DNA of 64,000 nt from Yuukianura sp. NJ FZ-2021 (taxonomy: Eukaryota), in the NCBI GenBank assembly GCA_046563655.1, contig CM102288.1, forward strand, positions 5,208,001-5,272,000, given 5' to 3'. The position numbers were made by a program, and so were the translations under genes. Positions 23,178 through 35,875 of this stretch are shown here, piece after piece. The notes under the pieces are model-generated. The model made no database searches and was not told the origin of the DNA. It worked only from the letters and a program-made list of their open reading frames with translations. The first letter of the stretch is position 1; each line of letters begins with the position of its first letter.

Positions 23178-26100
23178 AAATTTCAAAAAATTTTTAGTTT
23201 TCAAAAAATATGGAAAATTAAAAAAGTATTGCAAACAAACCAAACCGGCCGTTTTGGCCAAAACTTTCTTTTCCATTGTAGTTGTTTTATTATTATTTAT
23301 TTTCATTATACTGTCGACATTTCCAGTAGCTTTTGACATGTCGAAATTCGCCCATCACAAGACATCCAGTTAATTTCCGAAAAAGGGCTGTTTTTTTTTT
23401 ATTTTTTAAAAAAACAGAAGCGTTATGGCGTGCAGTGTCAACTCGATTGAAGATTTTCCACATCAAAAATCAATATCTCGTAGGATTCAAGTTCAAAGCT
23501 TCTGACAAGAACGACTTTCTCTGCGGTTTTCTCTGTCACCACATTTCAGTGACAGTGACATTTAACTTTAGGTTTAAGGTTTAGTATAAGTTAAGCTAAT
23601 GAAATGGAAGTTCAATGACTTTTGACCACTCATCTTCCAGAATTTCGAAATGTATAGGTCCATAATTGAGTTTTTTTTTTTACCTAAAATAAGAATTTTA
23701 CATTGAAAGTGTGTATTATTTGAATTCTAGTTTTTGGGTATTTTCATTCAATTTAGAAATTTTGTAGGGTTTAGTGCCAAGTTGAAACACAAAATGCTAT
23801 ATGTAAAACTGGGAATAATTTAGGAGTGAAAGTAACTTGTGTAGGAAGTAGTGAACAATTAATACAAGAAGAAATAGCCCATTTCAACAAAAGTACTAAA
23901 AAAATATATATAGTTTGTGGTTGAGCTGTCACGCAATGCAAATTTGGAATCTAGAACACACTCGTTTCTATTTCAAAATGAACAGTTTTAGCTGATTGTT
24001 GGCACTTGGCCAACGGCGTACTAATGTCCACTCACTCACATCCCATAACTTTTTAATGGCGCATTAGATCTAATTTTTAGTTTTGCGCCTAATTGATTTT
24101 CCTTATGGCGGATAACAAATTTCATAAATACTTTTCATGAAAGTGATCAATGACGTACATTTGCGATAAAATTATTTTTCAATAAGACAATTTGTACGAC
24201 TTTGTCAGTCTGTCCACATGGGCTACACTAAACAATTATGACGGAAGTTTAAATTTTGAACCAAAATGAGCAGTTTTCAATGTTTTGAAAGTGTATTCTT
24301 CAAAGAGTGTTTTTCAAAAGAGAGAGTGTTTTCTCTCAAATGCAAATCCGGGGCGTAGGAGCGTGTAGCAAAGTGGAGCTTTTGATTAAAAAGTCGCACG
24401 GTTTATTGTTGTGTGAACTCCAAATCTGAACAAGAGAGAGTAAACTGACAAAGATTTTGATAACTATCCCGAAAACAAAAAAGTAAACAGTGAAAAAAAT
24501 ATATTTGCACCTAAAGCAAAATAATACAATATTTTGTTTAATAAGTTTTATTGAAATTTTGCAATTGTAAAAATTAAATCTTGAGAAAATTGAAAAACTG
24601 TAAACAAAAAACTACTGCGTTCTGAAAATTTTGTCTTCTTTCTTGTTTGAATTTCTTCTTTTTAAGGGATCTTATTTAAAAAGAGCAAATAACCCAATTT
24701 CATCGAAAGTGTTCTCTACAAAGTAGGACTTTTCAATTTTTAGAACACAAAATTGAATTCTGGTTTTGCGGTAAAGGAACTAGAAAACGACAAAAAAAAG
24801 GAAGAGAATCATCGCGGGAGTGCGTCGCTTTTACCTGACGCTTCTGCTTCAGCGATTGAGCACAAGAAATCAGCGTCGTCTTCCTCGAGCGCTGCCGCCA
24901 TGTACAAGTTTTGAAAAAAGGAAGATTTTTGTGAAAAAAAATTTCTTTTGGATGTAGTGAAGAGGTAAATTGAATGATAAAAATCTGCGGCTGAAGAAGA
25001 CGAAGAAGAAGCCTTCCTTTGCTTACCTTTCGTCCTAACCTCCACTCCTTCCACTTTCTGCATCATCCCACTTTCACAGGTTTCCATTATTGCATTATTT
25101 ATTCGATTTTGGGAGCTTCCCACGACGAAGAAGCAGAAGAAAAGTTAGGTTAGGTGGATGAGAAAAAAACGGGTATTTTCGGTGGGAAAAAGTAGTTTCC
25201 CGGATGGCTCGGAGCTATTGACAGAACAGCCTTCTAATAGCACACCATCCAATTCTAAAAAAAACTGTCTCATTGGAGAACGGAAGCGGATGAGCCATGA
25301 TTCAATTTTTTTTAGTATGTCTCCGCTGTCTTAAAATAATAGTCGACAAAAGAAGAAACTACATTTTCAAATTCATAAATTCCAAACAAATTAGAAAAAA
25401 ATTTCTCCTAAAATTATAAAAATAAAAGTACTACCTCAATTTGCCAAAAAAAAAAACATACGTTTTTAGTCATAGAATAAACTTTTGCCATCCAGAGCAT
25501 TTTTTCTTTCACAGAAAAAAAAAGTTTTTCAAATGATCTGAAATTCACAATTCCACAGTAATTGCACAGACTTGATGTTGATGTTAAATAAAAATATTCT
25601 CGAAAATTTTGAACAACTTTGAAAATGACCCCCCGATTTTCTGCAACAGTTGTGCTAGAAGTGACGTAGTAAATTTTAACTTATTTCATTAGAATTTTGA
25701 GTTTTTAGCAATACTCAAAAAGTGATCACAAAAAAAAATCAAAATTTTGCGTAATTGTATCCAAGCAATTTCTAGTCTGCAGTTATTTTTTTAGTTCTTT
25801 TCTGCTCATGTACATGTTAGGTGTTACTTGAGTGCTACATTTTTCATGGAATCGCGGCGTATGGAGATGAAAGTGGGGCTACTGAACTGCACAGTGTGAC
25901 AGTGATAGGTATTAACTTGTCCATCACACGGTGTGCTTGTGGTGGACACAGTAGCCACTGTCACTTTGGTTTCCTGTTCCTTGGTCCTTTGTGTACTATG
26001 TGCATGTAAGTGAACGTCGAGGAATAAATGACATGACAAGGGAAAGCTGGAGCCCATCCGGAAAATACGAAACTGCCAACAAGATTTTCCAGTAAAACTT

Positions 26101-29100
26101 CCACAGGATTTTTCTGAGCAGCAGTGTCGGGTAGCAACGCCGCTGCTCCAGCGCTTCAAAAGTTCGCTTGAATGAAGAGAAGGGCCACTTCCCAACACGT
26201 TCTGGAGTAAAGCTCTTCAGTAAGAGTTCAACTCTGGCACAGAACGGAACTTACACTGACGTGAGCATCTCAAGCTGCTGGCAACGCAAAGTTTAAAGCA
26301 GGCGTGTGCGATACAGGCAACTGTTGAATTTGAAAAAACGAAAGAAAAAAATCCAAAATAGTTCATAGAATTATCCAATTTACAAGTGAGTTTTCTTGGT
26401 TTGAGTTTTGCAAATTTCGGCGATTGAATCGAAAGTTTTAAAAACACCTTAAATTTGTGTAACTGATTAAAATTTGGCAACAACGCAGAACTCACATTTT
26501 GTCCAAATTAGAAAATTCAAAAAAAAAGTCACTGTGATTTGCTAGCGAAAAGTTCAGAAACACGTCAAGCACTGAAAAATTAGTGATTTTTAAATGTATA
26601 ACTTTTGAGAAGAATATTACAGGTGAACGTTATTAAATTGAACACTGGGGTTTTTTTAGAAAAAATTAACAGTGAACGCTTTACATTCAAGTAAGTTTAC
26701 ATTACCTACATTCAAAATCTAGTCCAATTCTTCATTTTCAGTAATTTTTAATAATTATGAATAAGATTACTCAGGTCACCAAAATTTTTAAGAAACACAC
26801 TCCAGAATTCCGTTTTTTTTTCAGGTTTTGTTTAAAACAATTTGTGTGGCGATGTGATGTCAAAAGGAGCATAATGCGTGGCACAATTTCTTCATTTTAT
26901 TAAGCTTATTCCTTCAAAATAAAGTTGTAGAAGGTTAGGTTTGGTTAGGCTAAAATGAATTTGGGTTGTAAGTAATGTTGAGTTTGGGAAGGTATTGATT
27001 TTGAATTTAAATTTTTGGCCATGACCGTAGTTGAGGCGGAGGATTCTGGAAATTAATAACTTTGACTATGGCTTTTCTCAAATTTTTGGCACCTCCATCC
27101 CCGAATCTCAAAAACTTTTTCTTTTTAAGTCTTGAGTGGCGGAACAAGCCAATTGTTCCTACAACTCTCATCCATCTTACTACAAACTAAAATCCTCCCC
27201 AATTAATAATTCCTCCTCCACCCTCCCCACCCATCAAAGCCTATAAGTTAGGCTAGATTCAAGTTTGGGGTCACATTGGGAGAAAGTGACTAATTTGATG
27301 TGGCCCATCTCCTCTTGAGCACAAATTAATCAAGCCACACCACTCCGATTCATTTTCACGCCCACTTTTTCCCAAAACTAACCCAACCCTCAATTCTCAA
27401 TAACTTTCTCGTTTCAGCTAATGTTTAGGTTAGGCTCAACCTAATCGGATACACTTTGGAATAGGCAAACCTTAATCCCCTTCTTCTCCCATTGGCACAA
27501 AAACTATTACAACTATTTCCTTTTCCAAATGAAGCCATTATGAGATCCTAACAACCGCTGGAGGTGTTGGCCATTGGACAATACTAGAAAAGACATCATC
27601 ATTTCTCTTCCTTCTCTAAGCCAGCTTTCACTTTCATCTGCTATGGGTTAGGCTAAGCTTAACTATAAGTTAGGTAAGGCTTAACCATAGGCTAACCTAA
27701 CTTAAAAGCCAACAGAAAACAAAGGATGTTGGATATCCACTTTTTAGTCGTCACAAACACGAACGATCCTGCGATTAATTCCACTCTACTAAAATTTTAT
27801 CCAAAGACAACGCTTTTAAAAAAAAATGTAGTATTCGAAAACAAAAAAATACCCGATTTAAAAAAGTCCTTTAAAAAAATACTGATGTTTTAAAAAGTTG
27901 AAATTTGAAGTGAAGGATTAAAATCGATTTTTGGAATCCTTTTATTTACCGCGCTTTAACTTTTTAAGCTCCAGTTTGAATGGAATTCAAAATGGGTGAA
28001 TTCATGCAAATTTTGGTTTTGTTTGCAGTGAGCATTTGGTCAAACCTTTTCAGTTCAATTGGAACTTTGTGTGCGTTCCTGAAAGCCACAATAGAAGAGA
28101 GGATTGACTTGTTACAGACGTTGCTGGGTTCGTTAAAGCCCTTAATTAATTCCCGGCGGGACTACGCTAAACCCACGTCCCACCTCAACTGTCCCACATA
28201 TAGTCCACACGACATCGAATTATGTGGCTTCCTACACTATACGCCACCGCCCCAACTTTGTCTCGGATGAAACGTTAGTAAGTAATTCTGAAGAATTAAT
28301 TGCAATTTTTTTGCAATTTGCAACAAATTTTGAATTTGGATTATGGAAAAAGTAATTCAGAATTATGATTTCCTTGAATTATATTTTTCATTTCAGAAAG
28401 TATAATAGGATTAGATAAATTTTTTTGATGAATTCCTTATATAAAATTTCAAAATTTTGACTTTAGAAAACATCAAAGACCATTGGCAGCCTCCAAATAA
28501 AAGTCATAAAGTAAAATCGTAGCTGAAAATAGAGTTGACGTGGATTTGTGCTATTCAGAGTGAAAACATAACGTGCAGCGTGACACGGAAATTCAGGCTT
28601 AAAGTCAATACTAATTTGATTTAATTCGCTTCCTTTCATGTGCACTTCGAGCACTTAACTTCATTACCACGCACGTTTCTATCGTCTATTCTCACAGTAG
28701 TAAATCCATATTTACTAAAACTCTGCTACAAAAAGTCGAAATGAAGTTAATAAATTTAGTTGTTTGTTTTTTGCCGACTTTTCATTTATTTTTCATTTCA
28801 TTTTCATTTACTTTTTGTTAATTAAAAGCAATTTTTCAAAACAAGACAGGTAAAGTCAAGCGGAGGTAGAAAAAATCTTCAAAGAGATCACTCAGCCTCC
28901 ATTTGTCAAGATTTACAAAAGTTGTTCAAAGTTTTGAGCTGCATTGTCAAAAAATGTTTTTACAAACGACTTCAACAAAATATGAGTTTAGAATTCCTTT
29001 TTGAATTCCGTTTTGAAATTAGAGAGTAGCTGGGAAAATAAAAATAAAATGGAACGGGTCTCTTCATTTTTTTTCTCTCGACTTTCCCCGCAAGGTTAGG

Positions 29101-32100
29101 CGTTAGATAATTTTTGGCGCGCAAATGGAACCGCAAAAATTTCATATAAAATTTACATTAGTTTGCCGCGTTCTCTTTAGTTTGGTGTTGTGAGGAAAAG
29201 AATGTAAATTTGGGACAGTTTTCCTAAACGGAAAAATAAAAATCTGCTTTCTCTTTTCTCCATTCTTCTTCGCAGCCTAAACTTTTCCCTGGAGGACTTT
29301 ATTTTACTTTCTCCGCAACTGGTCTTAGTCAGTAGACGAGACAAGCATCGTGTCATCTTTTTTATTTTTGGAGGAAGCACGTTCCATCACAAGGCAGCAC
29401 AAAACTAACCAGAAAACTCCAACTTAGGAAAAAAACACTGAAAAAAAACAATACTGTGAAGGCTCTGCAGGTTACTTGCGTCTAGTGAAAAACAACCAGC
29501 ATGTCATAAGCGCTAAACCAAAACTGGCTAAACCGAAACGAGCTCTGAAAAATAAGAACTAAAAATAAAACTAACAGCAAAGAGAAGTTAATTAAAAGGA
29601 GTTAGACAAACAGTAGCAACCAAAATCAGAGGCAACCAAAACGGGTTAAAAAGTAAAACGGATAGTGCCAAAAGAGGTCACTCAAAAAGAGCCAATTTCA
29701 GAATACGCTAATTTAACATTTCAGCAGACGTGCTTGAAAAAGCGTTATTTGTTCAACTTATAGAATAAGCTGAGATTAAATTTGGACACGGTTGTTTTAA
29801 CTTGTTTAATCTAATTAAAAATTTTCAAGAATTTTCTTATTTAGCTCTTTTTGAATTAGCGCGTTTTGTATTAGCTATTTTTGAATGTTTTTCTTATGTG
29901 TTAAGCACTTTTGGGGACTATTTTTGTTGTTAGGTTTGGTGTAAAATTTTTTGGCGCCTTTTAATTCGCTACTTTTGGTTTAGGTCTTATGACATAAAAG
30001 ATAGCTAAAGTGGTTGCAGAGGGTTAAGCAGAACAATGAGAACAAAGACAGGAAGGATTTACCACTTTCACTTTTCCTGCCAAATTTCTGCGGATTTACT
30101 CCCGCTTTTTAGTATATTTCTTTGTGGAATCTTGAAAAACGGAATAGTTCGTCAAGATGCAAATTCTAGTGGAACAAGGATTCTGGCACTGAAACAAAGT
30201 AAAAGTTACGCAACCATTGAGCAGGTGAAAACGAACTGTGAAGGAAGAAAGTAGGCAAAAGCGTAGCATCTTCTAACTTATAACTTAAAAAGGCCTTACA
30301 TAATGCGAACCTAATGCTAACCAAACGCAACGAAGCCTCCAGGAAGAAGAAAGTTGTGAAACCCTGCTTTTCAACTTTTCCTCTCCCTTCTATATGTCTT
30401 TTCACTCGGAAAATCTTCCGGATTTCATTTATCCTTACAAATTGAAATTTTTTTTCGGGATTTCTTTTTAATAAAAAATGTATTCAAAAATTTGTTTGAT
30501 TTTAAATTCACTTTTGAGAACCTTTTAGAAAAGGTTTGTTACTAATAATTTGAAAAGAGGATAATAAGAAATTCTGAAATGGAATTACGCTTCGACTAGA
30601 AGCAAAAGGAAGTGTGCTGTCAAAGAAATGCGCAAAATCTTGTTCAAAATGAACTTGAGGTCAAAGACCACAGCGGCACACTTTTTGTTAGAAAAAGGAG
30701 TGATGCCTGTGTCATTGGAATGAGCTAGCGCCTAACTTCACGGTTCAAAAAGTACATTTTCTCGTGTCTTCTTACTTTCATCCTAAAGTGAAATTTCTTT
30801 GTCTGGGAGGCAAGAAGTGGTAGAGTAGAAGCGGGTTCAGAGAAGCTGGAAAGTACTAACTTTTCAAATAATTCCATTCAAATAACTTTTGAAACAATGT
30901 GTACATTATACTATTTGAGTTTGTTTCTTACCTCGTAAGATCCCCGAAACCAACAAACAATGAACAACTTGACGTACTTTGAAACTTCGCTTCAATTGAT
31001 TTAAATTCTAAACTTTCGCCAGAAACTCAAATTTTGAAGTTAGTGTACAAGTAATACGCAAACTTCACTTTTTGGTTATGAAAGCTTTCATGGGCTTTTG
31101 TTTAACTTAATATCTCGGCGGAAATATTTCCTAAATCTCGTGTTTCAAAAAATTTCTAAAATTATCTCCATTGCAATATTGCTTTATATCGAGTAATTTT
31201 TGATACAGATAGTTTGGGCAGCAACAATAAAAACCATGCTTATTTTAATTGTTTTTTTACTACAAGCAAAACCTTTTTTCTAGTGCATGTGTAAATTTCA
31301 AAATTTGACCAGAAAAGCAAAGTTTTCAAAGTTTCATTGAAAGGCAAGGTAAAAAGTTAGGGGCGAGAAACTATAGAAATTAATTTTTCAATTATAACTT
31401 TCAAAAAGCTTTCGATATCGAAACAAAAAGTTCGGGGTTTCAAAAAAAAAGTTTTACAAACTCAGCCAACTATTATGTATACATTGTATTTTTCATTTGG
31501 AGCAAAAAATGGTACAGAAATGTAGTAGCAAACTTTTTTCAACGTTTCCAATTTTTAGCATAAAGTTGTGATAGAAACTAAGAAAAAAAAACGATTTTCA
31601 AAAAGAAAAAAACAACGACAAAAAAGCGAATTTGGGAAAAATGCGAAGGTTCCATCAACCTCTTCTTTTTTTTTAAATTTCAAGATCCTCTGCATAGCAA
31701 TTTATTTTCTAAGGGTACCGTAAAGATTCTAACAGAAGCAGTTGGCGCTTATTCTTCAACTTGGATTCTGATCATGTCGTACAGTGCAATGGTAGGTTAC
31801 GTAGTGCTTTAGTCGTGGTGCTTTGTTAAATCAGTTCAAGCAAGTCAGCTGTACAAAAAGAACCTAGTTGGACTGGGCGCGTATTTTGAAGAAATTTTTA
31901 GAAGTTTTACGGTATTTTCTTGGTTGTTTGTGGTAGAATAACAAGATTGAGTCACACTACTATATGCTAAAGAAGCCTCTGTTTTCCCCTGATTCCCCAA
32001 TCTTGATTTCCCAGTGGCCTCTTGAGTCTCTTCTTCTTTTCCTTCATTGTCTTTCGTGTTTCCCGCCAATTCCAAAAACCTTGGCTTCTCCTTTATAAGG

Positions 32101-34066
32101 CGGCCACTGAACTTTCTCAACTTGCCCCATAATTGTAGGATGACCCAGGTCAAGTCGCGTGTCCACGAACAATTTAATATTTGAAGAAACACGATAAGGA
32201 AACGCAGAACCATAACTCCAACTTCCTAGAAAACAAGTCTATCACCACATAACTCCAACTTTCTACAACAAACTAGGCGGAATAGCACTGATGAAATGAA
32301 AACTAAGAAATTCTAAAAATTTTGAAAAAATGGAACAAAGAACAAGTTTTCTACAGCGGTGCCTTTTTAGAACGTTTTAGCATGCAAGGGCAGTGATTCA
32401 TCTTTTTCCTTGCCGTTCTTTAATCTACTTTGTCCTTTCACCAGAAGCATCTTAATTTCAATAAAGACGCCTAAAATATGCATAGAAAAAGCGGGAAAAA
32501 GTCCGTTTTCTAAAGAACTTTTTAAATTTTTCATCAAAATGATCTCGTTATCTTCTCATATTTTTCAATTTTTTGAAAATTAATTTCACAGAGAAGCGGT
32601 TAGCGTCGTACGTACCTCAAGATTAGGTTGGTCGTAGTTCACCGTCGTTAGGTTTTAAAAAAAGCGCCAAAACCTAACTTTAAAAAAGTAAAAACTTGGA
32701 GCCCTCATTTTCTGCGTTTGGAAGTTTTTTTGAAAATCTAAAGTTGTTAGCTTTTCATTACAGATTTGTTGAGGGTGTTGTAACTTTGGGAAAGAAGTCA
32801 TTTGGAGCAGTTTGGAAAAGTTGTAAAACAAGACTTCGTTTTTCCGTTTTCTGGGACAGAATCCAAGTCTTAATTTTCGAGACATGTTGAAACGACGGTT
32901 GAAAGTCTTTCAACTGGAAACTCAAAATCTGAAAACTTTCCCTCCTAAATTTCGAAATTACTGTAGCCATGCTGGTGAACTTTTTTTTTTCGTCCGAGGA
33001 CGTATCCATTGAAGTTTGTAGCATTTGTTTAGTAAATGAAATGCACTGGTAGTGTTGTGTAAGGATTAGCTTTCTTGGCTTCTCGTCTAAATCAAGGGCA
33101 CGGCCTTAAGGAAAAGCCTAAAAGCCTTTTAAAATACTACTTTAACCATTACACAAGAGAGAACAGCTGTCGGGACTCCTCAGTTTAGTGCAATACAAAA
33201 TTACTCAACATACTCAAATTGAATTTGGAAAAATAATACAATTATCTTCTTTCTTTTTTTTTAATTTTTTTGAGTCAATTTTTTTAATTAGTGAAACTTA
33301 ATTTTAGTAAGTCTGCTTTCATTTATTTTGAAACTGAATTCATTTTGAAATTTAAATTCATTTTGAGATTTGAATTCATTCACATTCATTGACTTGCTGA
33401 AATCAGATGTTTTCAAAATTGGCAAATCAGTTGACTTCAGGAAATCTAAAATGTGGCTCTTACTACTTTATTTGCGTTTTGATTTTATATAATACAACTT
33501 AACCAGTTTTTTTCAGTTTCAGTTTTTCTTTTGTTTTCTTCTTTTTCGTTTTTTTTCTGATTTTTTTCAGTTTTTTTTTTGCATTTTGTTATTTATTTTA
33601 TAACTTTTGTGGTCTAACTCATTTTTTAATTCAATTTCTTTGCTTTTAATTGCGTGTTGTGTTCCGTTTATTTTCTTTGAACAAACTGGTTTTAAGGTGT
33701 GTAAAGTTTTTTGTTTAGCGTTTCGTTGCTGAGCTATTTGGTTTGTATGAAAAGTAGAGCGAAGAGGAGGTATGGCTATTTTAGACTGTGCACTCATTTC
33801 TGTTCATCCTTTGCGATAGAGCGTGAACAGAAAATAGGTTAGAAGGAGCCTCCCTTTCCCGCTGAAGTCCAAATGGAATTCGAAATGACTTTTTATTCCT
33901 TTGTTTCCCCGCCACTTTCTCTTGCTGCCTCATTTCAAAGTCCCTTTTAGACACTCGCCAGAAACTGAAATCTAATTTCTACTTTCACCACCATTCTTCT
34001 TCCATCAAACTTTGGTTACTTAAACTGCAATTACAGAGAGAAAAAGAAGAAGAAACATTGCCAGAG

Positions 34067-34283
34067 TCAGCAAGAACCTCTGCATACAAATTAAGGTCAC
34101 CAAATCCCACTTCTTTTTTCATACACTACGTTTTCCAGTAGTTCTCGTATTAAAAATTAGAAAAAAGTGAAAGGTACTAAAGAATTGTGATTCTGGAATT
34201 TCAAAAAAGTCTTTTCGTGCTTCAAAAAATCTGATTTGGAAAGAATTTTAAAGCCTTCCTTCCCCTGACAACATGGGGAAATG
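34067..34283. repeat. Direct repeat, copy 1 (~215 bp)
   Basis: TCAGCAAGAACCTCTGCATACAAATTAAGGTCACC...CCTTCCTTCCCCTGACAA is near-identical to 35071-35300. Confidence 0.95.
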
Positions 34284-34438
34284 AATATTTTTTATTAAGT
34301 AGCAAAAGTTACTTTATGCATCGACCTTGTTTGTCTGTCTGTCTGTCTGTCAACACTTATTCTTTCAAAAGAAGTTGATCTATTTATATATTTTTATAGT
34401 TCATTTATTTACTATAATATGTATTTAACATAAATCAT

Positions 34439-34624
34439 TTAAGGACAAGAGTAGAGGCAGAATTCAAATTCACGGTTGCATCCCGTCAAATTGGATTTAC
34501 ATTTCTTCAACTGGTTTCGGCAAGACAATTGACATGTAGTCGTGGCCGCTTCAACGATATCCGGAAAAAGAGCAACCATTGCAACCGCCAGAATCAAAAT
34601 GGAAAAAATCCGAAGCATGAACAT
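34439..34624 (-). CDS. Small secreted six-cysteine peptide (61 aa), family not recognised
   Basis: MFMLRIFSILILAVAMVALFPDIVEA-ATTTCQLSCRNQLKKCKSNLTGCNREFEFCLYSCP: a clear signal peptide, then C-x3-C-x6-C-x6-C-x6-C-x3-C. AATAAA lies on the minus strand at 34404-34409, and a splice acceptor lies just upstream of the ATG. Confidence 0.78.
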   Translation of the reverse strand: MFMLRIFSILILAVAMVALFPDIVEAATTTCQLSCRNQLKKCKSNLTGCNREFEFCLYSCP

Positions 34625-35070
34625 TGCTCAACGTCTTCCGATTTCTAAAAATCAAACTCATAAGTAGGTAATCTGCTACCCAAATGAGTAATATTGTTAA
34701 CATAACTTGTAAAACTAACCTTGCTTATGTTATTAAACTTAACGCCTAATTTAACTGTGAGCGTAGTTTACATTTTCTGTACTAAACTTATAGTGCAAGA
34801 CTATAACACAGGTAATGTATATGTTGAGTAGCAATAATTTCCGAATTGATTTTATTATTCTCATAAAAATATAATATAGATGTGTAATAATTACCTTTTC
34901 GTTGTTCCTCGTTAGAAGTCCAATGAGAAACTGCGTAGTACTTTGAAGAAACACAAACACCTTAACCACAAAACCTGCTTTTAAGATTTTTACCTTCTTG
35001 ATTATTCCGTGTCCACTGCATGGTATATCACCATTCCGATTCCATTAGTTATATGTGAGCAGTTTATGAC

Positions 35071-35300
35071 TCAGCAAGAACCTCTGCATACAAATTAAGG
35101 TCACCAAATGCCACTTCTTTTTTCATATACTACGTTTTCCAGTAGTTCTCGTATTAAAAACTAGAAAAATGTGAAAGGTTACTAAAGAATTGTGATTCTG
35201 AAATTTCAAAAAATGTCTTTCCCGGCTTCAAAAAATCTGATTTGGAAAGAATTGTAAAGCCTTCCTTCCCCTGACAAGTTAATTTCCACATGAGGAAATG
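35071..35300. repeat. Direct repeat, copy 2 (~230 bp)
   Basis: Matches 34067-34283 with scattered substitutions and an indel of about 10 bp near the 3' end. Confidence 0.95.
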
Positions 35301-35875
35301 CAAAGTTTCCTCTTGATTGTGGCTTTCTCCTGCGCTTAAAGCGCGGGAAAGAGCTGGAATTCATTCCAACTTGTCTTCTGCTCCAATTAACACCTTACCT
35401 GAATAATTAAGCTTTCACCACCACATTACTGCTCTTCACAATTCATATCTCTGTAATATAATCGTACATTTGAAATGTTAAAACAGAAAAAGTGACTCCT
35501 ACTTTTTGTTCCCACTGATTTTTAAATCTTGGGGGCCAACTTATTTTTTTTACGTAGCTTGCTTAGATAAAAATATGAAATTTTTCTGAATTACAACTTT
35601 CTAAATGTTTTTAGACGCAGCAAAACGCAAGTAAAGCAACTCTGCTAAGTGACAATTTGCATTTGCAGTGAAGGAATTATCAAGAAGACAGTGACTGTGA
35701 AAGTGTAGATTAGGTTACACATTGTGATGTGATAAGTTTAAACTTTTTTGTGATTTGTGGGTAGTGTCGAAAGGTCACGCCGAGGTCAACTCCGTTTGGT
35801 TAACATAACTTGAGTTTCAGTTTTGAAAGTGTCGTGGCCTGAAGGAAATGGAACTTCGAGTATGCTACATTTGAC

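Noticed and set aside
23600..34000. Many 60-125 aa ORFs in the long non-coding tract, and similar ORFs in neuroligin introns
   Set aside because: Their Phe/Lys/Leu-rich composition reflects AT-rich DNA. They have no recognisable motifs or consistent splice structure, and many start at non-ATG codons.
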